A stretch of 64,000 bases of DNA from an uncultured Peptoniphilus sp. (GTDB lineage Bacteria > Bacillota > Clostridia > Tissierellales > Peptoniphilaceae), in assembly GCF_946998875.1 (NCBI RefSeq), contig NZ_CAMQAY010000001.1:106614-170613 (forward strand). The letters run 5' to 3'. The notes under the pieces were generated by a model that worked only from the letters and a program-made list of their open reading frames with translations, did not search any database and was not told the origin of the DNA. Shown piece by piece: positions 30,594 to 40,788 of the stretch; position 1 is the stretch's first letter; each line of letters starts with the position of its first letter. Made by a program: the position numbers and the translations under genes.

Positions 30594-33500
30594 GTGAAAG
30601 CTTTTGATAAAGATAATTTTAGAGAGATAAAAAATTCTCTTTCGAGATTTATATCTATTTTAATAATTGTCTTTCTAGGTGTTTTTGTATTAATTGGCTT
30701 GCTCTCTACAGGCCAAGTTATGAGAAACACCATTGATAATAAGATAAAAAAACTTAATCAAGAGGATATAAAAATTTCTGTGCCCATTGGTCTTGAAGAT
30801 GTAGATAGAAGTATTATAGAGGACCAGGAGGATATCTCTGAGCTTGAATACGGCTATGACAAGGATGCCTTCCTAGAGGGAGATTCTATAGTCATAAAGC
30901 TTCTTAATATGCCCTATGAAATTTCTAAGCCCGAAATTGTTGAGGGAAGAAGTATAAAGAGCCCTGATGAAATTGTCCTTGATATAAGAATGAAAAGGGA
31001 AGGCAAAAAAATTGGCGACATGATCTCCTTTAAAGAGGACAATGACAACGATGATGACAATGATTTAAAGAGGCTTTCCTACAAGGTTGTGGGCTTTGCC
31101 AATTCTCTGGACTTCATTCAAGACAAGAACGGAACTTATTCTGAAAGGGGTTATGGAAAAATTTCTTACTTCGCCTATATTGATGATGGAAATTTCTCTG
31201 GTGAGCCAACTCTTGCCAAGCTAAAATTTTTGGGAACAGAGGATCTTATGACTTCTGACAAGGAATATGTGGACTACATGGACAAGAAGTCTCGCGCCCT
31301 AAAGATTGATTTAAAAAACAGACCTAAGGAAAGACTTTTATCCATGCAAGATGAAATTTCGGGCAAGATAGTTGATGCCGAAGACAAAATTACTGACGCA
31401 GAGGACAAGCTCACTGATGCAAAGGATAAACTCCTTAAGGGTCGTAAGGACTTAAATAAGGGAAAGAAGGACTACAAAGAGGGTCTAGACAAGTACAACA
31501 AGGAAAAAAGTGATGCAGAGTCCGAAATTTCAAAAAACAGAGACAAACTTTACAAGGCTTCTGTGGAAATTGACGATGGCGAGAGAAAACTCATTGACGG
31601 CTACGAAAAGTTAAGCGAAGGCAAGAAAAAACTTGAAGATTCCAAAAATGAGTTAAATTCTGGAAGGGAAAAGCTGGCTGAAGGCAAGGAAAAGTACCAA
31701 AAAGGACTTGGCCAAGCTGAAGCATCAGAAAAGGCACTAAAAGAAGGGGAAGATAAGCTCCTTGAAGGCAGAAAAAAATTAGACGATGGCTGGCAAAAAA
31801 TTGAAGAATCCAAGGCGAAACTGGCTGAAGGAATGAAAAAATATGAAGATGGCGAAAGAGAATACGACAGTGGCAAAAAGCAGCTTGAAGCAGGCAAAGA
31901 GGAGCTTGTAAGTAAAATGGGAGCCACTTCCTATGAAGATGCTGTTGAAAAAATTTATGCCCTGGATAAAATTTTGGACACAGCCAGTGAAATTTTAAAC
32001 AAACTTCCCACTATTGAAAGTGAAATTGCAAGTACAAAGGCACAGTTAGACCAAGTTGACGGGGGACTTGGGCAAGTTGAGGCTGAAATTGCAAGTACAA
32101 ATGCGGCCCTCAAGGATCCAAATTTATCAGATGAGGACAGAATAAAACTTGAGGCTAAAATTCAAGGCTTAGAGGGTCAAAAGGCAGAACTTCAAAAAAA
32201 TAAGGAAGCCCTAAATAAAAAGCTAGAGTTTTTAAATAATTCCAAAGCTGAAATTGACAAGGCTCTTGAGGAAATAAATAAGGAAGTGCCAGGAGGAATC
32301 ACTGGTAGCTTAGATGACTTAAAAGCCAAGGTAAAAGAAGGCAAGGCTGGCATTGAAAAAATAAATGAAAGCGAGAAAAAACTTGTAGCAGCAAGGGCGA
32401 CTCTTGATGCAAGTAAGACGCAACTTGAAGAGGGTAAAAAGCAACTTGAAGAGGGAATTGCTGAAGCTGAAAAGGGCGAAGCGGAGTACGCAAAAAATAA
32501 GGATGAAATAGAAAAGAACAAGAGGAAACTTCAAGACGCCAAGGAAGAACTTAATAAGGCAAAGAAGAAACTTGATGACTCCCAAGAAAAGCTTGACCAG
32601 GGAAGTGCCGATTACGAAAGTGGCAAGAAGGAGTATGAGGAAAAGTACGACGAATATGTAGAGGGCAGAGAAAAATTATCCAGAGCCAAGGAAAAGTATT
32701 TGTCTGGCACTGATGAGCTACAAAGAGGAGAAGAAAGACTTGATAAAGAGCTAAAGACTGGCAAGAACAAGTTAAATGATGCCAAGGGCAAGCTCTACAA
32801 GGCAGAAAAAGACTTAAAAAAAGGCGAAAGAGAATACAGCGACAAGTCCAAGGAGGCTGAAGAAAAAATTTCTGACGCAAGAGAAAAAATTGCTGACGGA
32901 AGGAAGTACTTAAGCCTAATAAAACAACCTCGCTATAAAATTACGCCTAGACATCTTTCAGGTGACATTAACACTTATTTGGACTACGCAAAGAGAGTTG
33001 ACGGCCTATCCTTTATCTTTCCAATATTTTTCTTTGCCATAGCACTTTTAGTTTGCTTCACAACTATGACTAGGATGGTTGACGAAAATAGACTTGTAAT
33101 TGGAACCTACAAGGCTCTGGGCTATACAAATAGAGAAATTGGAAGAAAATTTTTCCTATATGGCACACTGGCATCAATAATTGGCGGCACACTTGGCGCC
33201 ATAACTGGGTCTTATTTATTGACTTACATCATTGGCAATGCCTACTCAACTAAGACAATTTTTGAAGACCATTTAATTATAAATGCCTTTCCACTTAGAA
33301 TAATTTTTGCCATAGCCATTGGATTTATGTTTACAACAGTGGCGGCAATAATCACTGTCAATAAAAACTTAAAGGAAAAGACAGCCTACCTTCTTCGTGG
33401 GAAAGCACCTTCCAAGGGCAACAGAATAATGCTGGAAAAAATTCCTTTCATTTGGAACAGGATGAGCTTTTTATCAAAGGTAACGGCGAGAAATTTATTC

Positions 33501-34595
33501 TTGTCAAAGAAGAGAATGTTCATGACAGTAGTTGGCGTCATGGGCTGCGCGGCACTGCTTGTTTTGGGCTTTGGAATATCAGAATCAGTAAAAGATGTAG
33601 AAACTTTGCAGTTTAAAGAAATTTTAAAATACGACCTTTCGGTATTATACGACAGCAAATTTGACGAAGATGCCTATAGAGATTACAGAAAGGCAATTGA
33701 CGGTAAAAATTTAGAGTACACAAAGACCTATGAAGAATTATTCACAGTAGATTACCATGAGATCGACCAAAATGTAAATGTAATTGTGCCAGAGGACAAG
33801 GAAGACTTTAAAAATTATGTAGCTCTTAGGGACAAGGACAGTGGCGAAGAGCTTGAGCTTTCCAATAATGGCGTAATAATAACAGAAAAATTATCAAAAC
33901 TTAAAAAGATAAAGGTTGGGGATCCACTTGAACTTCGCGATGTCTATGGCAATGAATTTGAAGTGGAAGTATCAGGCATTACAGAATTTTACATTGGACA
34001 CAATGTCTACATGGATAAAGACTATTTTGAAAAAGTAACAGGCTCAGACTTTGTGCCAAACACAGACTTAATAAAGGTGCCTCAAAATTTTGACAAGGAC
34101 AGTTTTACAAAGACCACAATAGAAAACAAGGCAGTCTTTAACATTACAAATATAGGCGACCTAAATGATGTATTAAATAAATTTTTATTCTCAATAACAA
34201 AGGTTGAAATAATAATTTTAATTGTGACAACAATTTTGGAAGTGGTAGTATTATATAACCTTACAAATATAAACATTGAAGAGAGAATAAGAGAAGTCTC
34301 AACTATAAAAGTTTTGGGCTTTTATCCAAGGGAGACTACATCTTACATTTACAAGGAAACTTATATCCTTGCCCTAATTGGAATATTAATAGGGCTGGTC
34401 GTTGGAAAAATTTTGCACTACTCAGTCTTGCAAATAGTTGTGCCCTTTATGGCAATGCTGCCAGAAGATTTGACGGCAAGGCCTTTTATACTGGCAGGCG
34501 TAATAACAGCCCTTATAAACACTTTTATAATGGTAATATTCCACTTTAGGATAAAGAAGATAAACGCCCTTGATGCCCTAAAATCAAATGAATAA
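30594..34595 (+). CDS. ABC transporter permease, duplicated FtsX domains with about 750-aa coiled-coil extracytoplasmic insert
   Basis: 1333 aa. TM1, then MacB-type periplasmic domain, then long heptad-repeat region (DAEDKITDAEDKLTDAKDKL...), then FtsX 4-TM block. Further soluble domain and second FtsX block at the C-terminus. Confidence 0.8.
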   Translation: MKAFDKDNFREIKNSLSRFISILIIVFLGVFVLIGLLSTGQVMRNTIDNKIKKLNQEDIKISVPIGLEDVDRSIIEDQEDISELEYGYDKDAFLEGDSIVIKLLNMPYEISKPEIVEGRSIKSPDEIVLDIRMKREGKKIGDMISFKEDNDNDDDNDLKRLSYKVVGFANSLDFIQDKNGTYSERGYGKISYFAYIDDGNFSGEPTLAKLKFLGTEDLMTSDKEYVDYMDKKSRALKIDLKNRPKERLLSMQDEISGKIVDAEDKITDAEDKLTDAKDKLLKGRKDLNKGKKDYKEGLDKYNKEKSDAESEISKNRDKLYKASVEIDDGERKLIDGYEKLSEGKKKLEDSKNELNSGREKLAEGKEKYQKGLGQAEASEKALKEGEDKLLEGRKKLDDGWQKIEESKAKLAEGMKKYEDGEREYDSGKKQLEAGKEELVSKMGATSYEDAVEKIYALDKILDTASEILNKLPTIESEIASTKAQLDQVDGGLGQVEAEIASTNAALKDPNLSDEDRIKLEAKIQGLEGQKAELQKNKEALNKKLEFLNNSKAEIDKALEEINKEVPGGITGSLDDLKAKVKEGKAGIEKINESEKKLVAARATLDASKTQLEEGKKQLEEGIAEAEKGEAEYAKNKDEIEKNKRKLQDAKEELNKAKKKLDDSQEKLDQGSADYESGKKEYEEKYDEYVEGREKLSRAKEKYLSGTDELQRGEERLDKELKTGKNKLNDAKGKLYKAEKDLKKGEREYSDKSKEAEEKISDAREKIADGRKYLSLIKQPRYKITPRHLSGDINTYLDYAKRVDGLSFIFPIFFFAIALLVCFTTMTRMVDENRLVIGTYKALGYTNREIGRKFFLYGTLASIIGGTLGAITGSYLLTYIIGNAYSTKTIFEDHLIINAFPLRIIFAIAIGFMFTTVAAIITVNKNLKEKTAYLLRGKAPSKGNRIMLEKIPFIWNRMSFLSKVTARNLFLSKKRMFMTVVGVMGCAALLVLGFGISESVKDVETLQFKEILKYDLSVLYDSKFDEDAYRDYRKAIDGKNLEYTKTYEELFTVDYHEIDQNVNVIVPEDKEDFKNYVALRDKDSGEELELSNNGVIITEKLSKLKKIKVGDPLELRDVYGNEFEVEVSGITEFYIGHNVYMDKDYFEKVTGSDFVPNTDLIKVPQNFDKDSFTKTTIENKAVFNITNIGDLNDVLNKFLFSITKVEIIILIVTTILEVVVLYNLTNINIEERIREVSTIKVLGFYPRETTSYIYKETYILALIGILIGLVVGKILHYSVLQIVVPFMAMLPEDLTARPFILAGVITALINTFIMVIFHFRIKKINALDALKSNE

Positions 34596-34600
34596 AATTT

Positions 34601-34631
34601 GACCGAAGGATAAAATCTTCGGTCTTTTTTT
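34601..34631 (+). terminator. rho-independent terminator
   Basis: GACCGAAGG-ataaaat-CTTCGGTC followed by T8. Confidence 0.85.
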
Positions 34632-34726
34632 AACTTCAATTATAAAAGGACTGATAAAAATTAAAAAGAAAATTTTTGCCTTTAAATTTATAGTAAATTA
34701 AAAAATAAAGAGGTCACTTTACCTTA

Positions 34727-34744
34727 CAAGTGTATATACACTTG
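34727..34744. promoter_or_regulatory. 18-bp perfect palindrome CAAGTGTATATACACTTG, candidate NiaR operator
   Basis: Sits 65 nt upstream of nadA in an operon ending with niaR. ACAnGTGT...ACACnTGT architecture matches reported NiaR boxes. Confidence 0.6.
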
Positions 34745-34808
34745 GCTTGTCTCATCATCTTATTTGTAATATAATTTTATTTAAAATTTATTAGGAGATT
34801 GGATAAAA

Positions 34809-35725
34809 TTGGAAAATTTAGAAAAGTTAAACTTTGATGAAAAAGTGGAATTCTTAAAAAAATTAAAGGAAGAAAAGGATGCAGTTATTCTTGCTCATTA
34901 TTATATAAATGAGGATATACAAGCTATAGCTGATTACATAGGAGATTCTTTTTTCCTAGCTCAAAAGGCAACTGAGTTAAAGGAAAAGACAATAGTCATG
35001 GCTGGGGTTTACTTCATGGGCGAAAGTGTAAAAATTTTAAATCCAAGCAAAAATGTATTGATGCCAGATCTTGGAGCAGATTGTCCTATGGCACACATGG
35101 TAAGTGTAGAAAAAATTAAAGAGATGAGAGCAAAGTATGATGATTTAGCAGTTGTAACATATATAAACTCCACTGCTGAAATTAAAGCTTATTCAGATAT
35201 TTGTGTAACATCTTCAAATGCTGCAAAAATTGTAAATCAATTAAAGGAAAAAATATATTTTTTGTTCCAGATAAAAATCTTGGCGACTACATAAAAAAAT
35301 CGTTACCTGATAAAAATATTATTTTAAATGATGGTTACTGCCCAGTTCACGATGAAATTGACCTTGATGATGTTAGATCTTTTAAGGGCAAGGTAAAAAT
35401 TTTAGCTCATCCTGAATGTAGAAAAGAAGTCTTAGACCTTGCTGACTTTATAGGTTCTACAAAGGCTATTATTAAAGAAGCTGGAAAATATGACGATGTA
35501 CTAGTTGTTACAGAGGAAGGAATTTTTACTGAGCTAAAGAAAAAATATCCAAATATTAATTTTAGAAAATTGAGAAAAAGTCCAATTTGTAATGACATGA
35601 AAAAATTAAATATTGATAAAGTCATTAGGGTAATTGAAAACAATGAAAATCAAGTTGAGGTAGATAAAGAAATTAGAGAGAAAGCTTTAATTCCTCTAAA
35701 GAGAATGTTGGAGCTAGGTGCTTAA
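34809..35725 (+). pseudogene. nadA: quinolinate synthase NadA, frameshifted in an A6 run near 35247
   Basis: Two overlapping track ORFs (34809-35294 and 35201-35725) together span NadA. Reading ...NQLKEK then shifting -1 gives NIFFVPDKNLGDY, typical NadA continuity. Either a true frameshift or a homopolymer error. Confidence 0.7.
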
Positions 35726-35726
35726 G

Positions 35727-36989
35727 ATGAAAAAATATGATATTTTAATAATTGGCTCTGGACTAGCAGGCGTTAGCACAGCCTTAGAGTTAAGTAAAAA
35801 TTATAAAATTGCTCTAGTAACTAAGAAAAAGTTAGAAGATTCAAATTCATATCTGGCTCAAGGTGGCATAAATGTCCTCAAGGATAAGTCTGACAGAAAA
35901 ACTTTTATTGAAGACACATTAAAGGCAGGTCACTACAAAAATAATTTGCAAGCTGTGGAAAAAATGGTAGATATGTCCCAAGCTGCAATAAATTTTTTAC
36001 TTGACCTTGGAGTTGAATTTACAAGGAAGAATGGAGACTTTGAATATGCAAGAGAAGGCGGTCATTCTATAGCCAGAGGTCTTCACATAGATGATGAAAT
36101 TGGCAAGGGGATTTTAGATGTCCTTTATAAAAGGCTTAGGGAAAGAGCTAATATAGAAATATTTGAAGACACTCCTATTGTTGATTTAATTGTAAATAAG
36201 GGCAAGTGCTATGGCGCAAGGTCTTTAGATAAAATTTTTATTTCTACAAATGTTGTTCTTGCAACTGGTGGACTAGGTGGACTTTTTGATAGGAGCACAA
36301 ATTTTTCTCATATATGTGGCGATGGATATGCCATGGCTATAAAAAATGGCGTCAAGTTAAAGGATATTTCCTACATTCAGTTTCATCCAACTTCCCTATA
36401 TGAAGAAGGGGCAGAGAGACAATTTTTGATTTCTGAATCTGCAAGAGGTGAGGGCGCTCTCTTATTAAACCACAAAAAGGAGAGATTCACCGACGAAATG
36501 AAGCCTAGAGATATTGTGGCAAAGGCAATATTAAGGGAAATGAAAAAAGAAAAGGTAGACTTTGAATACTTGTCCATGAAACCTCTAGGTGAAGACAAAA
36601 TTCCAAAGAGATTTCCAATGATATTTAAGGAATTAAAAGATAGAAAAATAGATGCAAGATATGAAAATATTCCCGTTGTTCCATGTCAACACTACACTAT
36701 GGGCGGCATAGAATGTGATATTAAGGGAAGGACTAATATAGAGGGACTCTTCGCAGTTGGAGAAGCAGGAAATGTTGGTATTCATGGCTCCAATAGACTT
36801 GCCTGCAACTCACTTTTAGAGTGTGTAGTTTTTGGAAGACTTTTGGCAGATTACTTAAATGAAAATAAACTTGAAGATAGAAAAATAGATTTTCAAATTA
36901 ATGCTGGAAAGATTGATAAAGAAAAAAATCGAGTTATTATTTTTGAAAGGATAAAAGAAGATGAGAGAGCTAAAGCCAATAGTAATTGA
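35727..36989 (+). CDS. nadB: L-aspartate oxidase
   Basis: FAD motif DILIIGSGLAGVS plus fumarate-reductase-type core. ATG at 35727 after AGGTG. Confidence 0.88.
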   Translation: MKKYDILIIGSGLAGVSTALELSKNYKIALVTKKKLEDSNSYLAQGGINVLKDKSDRKTFIEDTLKAGHYKNNLQAVEKMVDMSQAAINFLLDLGVEFTRKNGDFEYAREGGHSIARGLHIDDEIGKGILDVLYKRLRERANIEIFEDTPIVDLIVNKGKCYGARSLDKIFISTNVVLATGGLGGLFDRSTNFSHICGDGYAMAIKNGVKLKDISYIQFHPTSLYEEGAERQFLISESARGEGALLLNHKKERFTDEMKPRDIVAKAILREMKKEKVDFEYLSMKPLGEDKIPKRFPMIFKELKDRKIDARYENIPVVPCQHYTMGGIECDIKGRTNIEGLFAVGEAGNVGIHGSNRLACNSLLECVVFGRLLADYLNENKLEDRKIDFQINAGKIDKEKNRVIIFERIKEDERAKANSN

Positions 36990-37806
36990 TAAGTATATTA
37001 TTTCTGCTCTAAGAGAAGACATGACTAGTGGCGACATCACTACAGATGCAATTTTAAAAGATGAAAAGGGAGAAGTAAGTTTAATCTCAAAGGATAGGGG
37101 AATTATTGCAGGTCTTGATGTATTTAAGCGAGTCTTTGAAATATTAGATGAAGATGCAACTTTTGAATTTAATTTTTCTGATGGCGATGAGGTAAATAAT
37201 TCTGACTTAGTGGGGACAATAAGGGCAAAAGCCAGGGCAATCTTAGAAGGCGAAAGGACTGCCCTAAATTATTTGCAAAGGATGAGCGGTATTGCCACTT
37301 ATACTAAAAAAATGGTAGCTTCCCTTAATAGTGACTCTGTAAAAATTTTAGACACTAGAAAGACTACACCAGGTATGAGAATTTTGGAAAAATATGCAGT
37401 AACTCTTGGCGGCGCCTACAATCACAGATATAATTTATCTGACGGAATTATGATAAAGGACAATCACATAGACGCTGCTGGTGGAATAAAAAATGCCATA
37501 GAAAAAGTAAGAAGCCTAAATCCCTTTGTCAAAAAAATTGAAGTTGAAGTAGAAAATTTAGATGAAGTGAAAGAAGCATTAGAAGCTAAAGCTGATATAA
37601 TTATGTTAGACAACATGAATATAGAAGAAATAAAAGAAGCCACTAAGCTTATTGATAAGAGGGCAATAATCGAGTGCTCAGGAAATATTAGTCTTGAAAA
37701 TATTAGTGACTATAAAAATTTAGACATTGATTATATTTCATCTGGTGCCATAACTTACCAGGCAGGAGTCCTAGACTTATCCATGAAAAATTTAAAAATC
37801 TATTGA
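36961..37806 (+). CDS. nadC: nicotinate-nucleotide pyrophosphorylase (carboxylating)
   Basis: 281 aa. QPRTase fold motifs (ILDTRKTTPGMR, MLDNM). Confidence 0.88.
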   Translation: MRELKPIVIDKYIISALREDMTSGDITTDAILKDEKGEVSLISKDRGIIAGLDVFKRVFEILDEDATFEFNFSDGDEVNNSDLVGTIRAKARAILEGERTALNYLQRMSGIATYTKKMVASLNSDSVKILDTRKTTPGMRILEKYAVTLGGAYNHRYNLSDGIMIKDNHIDAAGGIKNAIEKVRSLNPFVKKIEVEVENLDEVKEALEAKADIIMLDNMNIEEIKEATKLIDKRAIIECSGNISLENISDYKNLDIDYISSGAITYQAGVLDLSMKNLKIY

Positions 37807-37813
37807 GGAAGAT

Positions 37814-38323
37814 ATGAAGGAACCAAAAACACGAAGAGATGACCTATTAAAATTTTTATATGACAATCAGAAGCCAATATCAGGAGAAAAGTTGGCAGAA
37901 AAATTTGATGTAACTAGGCAAGTAATAGTGCAAGATATAGCCATACTTCGAGCTAGTGGAAAGAATATTGTTTCAACTAATAGGGGTTACTATATAAACG
38001 AAGAGAGAACTCAAAAAGTTTTCAAAGTTAAACACAGCGATAAAGATATAAATAAAGAATTAAATGCCATTGTAGACCTTGGCGGAAGAGTGAAAGATGT
38101 AATAGTTCACCACAAGGTTTATGGAGAAATAAAAAAGGATTTAAACTGCTCCTCTAGGCGAGATGTAAAAATATTTTTAGAAAAAATGAAGAAAGAAAAG
38201 TCAAAGCCCTTAGATGTACTTACTGGTGGAGTTCACTTCCACACAGTTGTTAGTGAAAATGAAGAAGTAATTGAAGAAATTGAACTTGTCTTAAAGGAAC
38301 TTGGATTTTTAATAGAGGAATAA
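37814..38323 (+). CDS. niaR: niacin-responsive transcriptional repressor NiaR (YrxA)
   Basis: HTH_11 ISGEKLAEKFDVTRQVIVQDIAILR plus 3H domain. Last gene of the nad operon. Confidence 0.85.
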   Translation: MKEPKTRRDDLLKFLYDNQKPISGEKLAEKFDVTRQVIVQDIAILRASGKNIVSTNRGYYINEERTQKVFKVKHSDKDINKELNAIVDLGGRVKDVIVHHKVYGEIKKDLNCSSRRDVKIFLEKMKKEKSKPLDVLTGGVHFHTVVSENEEVIEEIELVLKELGFLIEE

Positions 38324-38384
38324 AAATAGGCTTTTCTTTCAGTAAAGGCAATATAAAAAACTTAAAAGCTAAACTTATTAAGAA

Positions 38385-38420
38385 AGCGCAAGATATATGT
38401 CTTGTGCTTTTTGTTTTTAA
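38385..38420 (+). terminator. terminator, copy A of the 40-nt repeat AGAAAGYGCAAGATRTATGTCTTGTGCTTTTTGTTTTTAA
   Basis: 9-bp stem (one G-U) with loop TATATG and U5GU5. Near-identical copy at 45385. Confidence 0.8.
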
Positions 38421-38682
38421 AAGTTATTTTAGACTAGTTTAAAACATTTTGATTACAAGGTTTTTATTTAAATATTTATATAAATATCTCATAGAGCAAA
38501 AAGTATTTAATGACAAATAAATATTGTTAAAAAGCTATAAAAAGTCTGTTAGATTTTATAAATATAAACTGATATTATTATGCTGGAAAGAAAAAGTTTA
38601 TTCAATGCTATTTTTAAGAATAAGTAGAGTCTAATTGATTTTATGGAGAAGAATTATAACTATTAAAAAAGGAGAAATCAGT

Positions 38683-39645
38683 TTGAAATACAAAGTTGTT
38701 TTAGCAGGTAAATATCCACAAGGTACCTTTGAAAGATTTAAAACTACATTAAATAGAGATTTTTTTGATTTTGTGAAAGTAGAAAATGAAGAAGAATATA
38801 ATTCAATGAAAGATGCTGACATTCTTATATTAAGAGTTTTTAAAGCACCTAGAAAAATTATAGATAATAATAAAAATTTAAAAATTATTATGCGATGGGG
38901 AGCGGGCTATGATTCCGTCGATGTGGATTATGCAAGCAAAAAAGGAATCATAGTGACTAATACTCCTGGAGCGAATGCTTATTCTGTTGCAGAATTAACA
39001 ATAATGCTAATGCTTGCAGTTGGAAGAAAATTATTATCTCATCAGGAATGTCTTAAAAATGGAATATGGAGTAAAAACACATTTATAAATGAATCTTATT
39101 CATTAAATAATAAGACTTTAGGTATTATTGGAGCAGGAAATATCGGAAGAAGAGTAGCTAAGTATGCTCAAGTTTTTGGAGCTAGGACGCAATACTATGA
39201 TGAATATAGGTTAAGCGAAGAAAAAGAAAGGGAATATAATTTAGAGTATAAAGATTTTGATGAAATATTAAAAACTTCTGACATTTTAACTTTACATGTT
39301 CCGTTGACAGAATATAATCGACATTTGATAGGCAAACATGAATTTGATATGATGAAAAAAGGCTCAATAATAATAAACACATCAAGAGGTGGACTAATTG
39401 ATGACAATGCTTTGCTAGAAGCGGTTAATTCAGGCAAATTACTTGGTGTTGGCTTAGATGTTGTTGAAAATGAGCCTTTAGACAAAGATAATGAACTTTT
39501 GAAAAATCCAAATATAATAGTTACACCACACATTGGAGGTGGAACGGCCGATATAAGTGATATTATTATACCTATGCTTGTTGATGATTTGAACAAATTT
39601 GTTAAAGGAGAAAATATTTCTCACGTTGTAAATAGAGACAAATAA
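38683..39645 (+). CDS. D-isomer-specific 2-hydroxyacid dehydrogenase
   Basis: NAD-binding GIIGAGNIGRRV and catalytic-domain motifs. TTG start after AAGGAG. Confidence 0.8.
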   Translation: MKYKVVLAGKYPQGTFERFKTTLNRDFFDFVKVENEEEYNSMKDADILILRVFKAPRKIIDNNKNLKIIMRWGAGYDSVDVDYASKKGIIVTNTPGANAYSVAELTIMLMLAVGRKLLSHQECLKNGIWSKNTFINESYSLNNKTLGIIGAGNIGRRVAKYAQVFGARTQYYDEYRLSEEKEREYNLEYKDFDEILKTSDILTLHVPLTEYNRHLIGKHEFDMMKKGSIIINTSRGGLIDDNALLEAVNSGKLLGVGLDVVENEPLDKDNELLKNPNIIVTPHIGGGTADISDIIIPMLVDDLNKFVKGENISHVVNRDK

Positions 39646-39692
39646 TAAGTAATTTTTTAACTAAAAAGCTAAGAAATTTTAAAATGATTTAT

Positions 39693-40676
39693 TTAATTTC
39701 TTAGCTTTTTTTTTGTATTAAATAGACATTTCTGTAAGTCTATATTTTTAATATCATTGAAGTGATCCACTATCAATGATTGAAAAAATTTGGAATAAGA
39801 GTTCATATATCTATCTTTTTGTGTTATCAGTGTAATTGGTCTGCGGACAGCTTCTCCTTCGTGAAAGAGTGGAAATAAATTCATATCATTTGTTACATCT
39901 TCTTTTAAACAGATTAGAGTGGCATGGCTTACAAAACAAGCTGAAAGAGAGTTTGAACAAAAGGGAAGAATAAGTTGTGAGTATGTACTGGAAAAATTTA
40001 TTTTAGGCACAATTTCTTTTTCAATAAAAAAGCTTTCTATTTTGTTTCCCAAACGATTTGACATCATAGAAAAAGGAAGTTCTTTAAAATCTTCAACAGA
40101 AGCTCCTTTTTTGGACTTCTCTTTTAAATATTCATAATCATTAGGATAATATTCCTTTAATAATTTATTCGTTACACAAAGATAGATTTGATCGTCCATT
40201 AATTTTAAGGATTTAATATTTAGTCCTGGTCTTTCGCTTATTACTATGGCAAAATCAAGCTCATTGTTAACAATCAATGGTTCCAAATTTTTTGAAATAT
40301 CATCAATATATTTTATTTGTACATTTGGATATTTTTTTGTAAATACTGGGAAAATTTTTGGAAGAGATATTGTTGCTCTAGATATACTTGCACCAAATTT
40401 TAGAGAACCAGATAATTCTTCGTTTATATCTGAAAACATATCTTCAAGGTCTCTGTTTTTTAATAAAACCTCTTTTGCAAAAGCTAAAAGTCTTTCTCCT
40501 GCATAGGTCAATGTAACTCTTGGCTTTCTATTTATCAACTTTACATTGTAATAACTCTCAAGAGATTTTATGTTATTGCTCAAGGTTTGTTGCGATATAT
40601 ATAGTCTTTCAGCAGTTTTTGTAAAATGCAAATCCTTAGATAACTCCACAAAATAATATAAACTTAAAAAATTCAT
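39693..40676 (-). CDS. LysR-family transcriptional regulator
   Basis: N-terminal HTH LSLYYFVELSKDLHFTKTAERLYISQQTLS. ATG at 40676 after GGAGG. Divergent from the 40789 gene. Confidence 0.88.
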   Translation of the reverse strand: MNFLSLYYFVELSKDLHFTKTAERLYISQQTLSNNIKSLESYYNVKLINRKPRVTLTYAGERLLAFAKEVLLKNRDLEDMFSDINEELSGSLKFGASISRATISLPKIFPVFTKKYPNVQIKYIDDISKNLEPLIVNNELDFAIVISERPGLNIKSLKLMDDQIYLCVTNKLLKEYYPNDYEYLKEKSKKGASVEDFKELPFSMMSNRLGNKIESFFIEKEIVPKINFSSTYSQLILPFCSNSLSACFVSHATLICLKEDVTNDMNLFPLFHEGEAVRRPITLITQKDRYMNSYSKFFQSLIVDHFNDIKNIDLQKCLFNTKKKLRN

Positions 40677-40723
40677 AATTACCTCCACAAGAAAAACTTG
40701 TCAAAAAATGAAAAAAATCAAAA

Positions 40724-40752
40724 TTGTCTTTAATATAGGTAAATGTTATCAT
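40724..40752 (+). promoter_or_regulatory. promoter TTGTCT-17-TATCAT in the lysR-divergent intergenic region
   Basis: Hexamers with 17-nt spacer, 37 nt upstream of the 40789 start. Confidence 0.45.
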
Positions 40753-40788
40753 AAATTTAAAGAAAAAACAATTGGAGGAAGGTAAAGT

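Noticed and set aside
31601-32880. Cluster of 64-109-aa minus-strand ORFs inside the ABC permease
   Set aside because: Produced by the repetitive GAA/AAG-rich coiled-coil coding repeats. Ser/Phe/Leu low-complexity translations.
34809-35725. Two separate small genes (161 aa and 174 aa) instead of one nadA
   Set aside because: The two products are contiguous N- and C-terminal halves of NadA joined by a single-base shift in an A-run. Annotated as one frameshifted gene.
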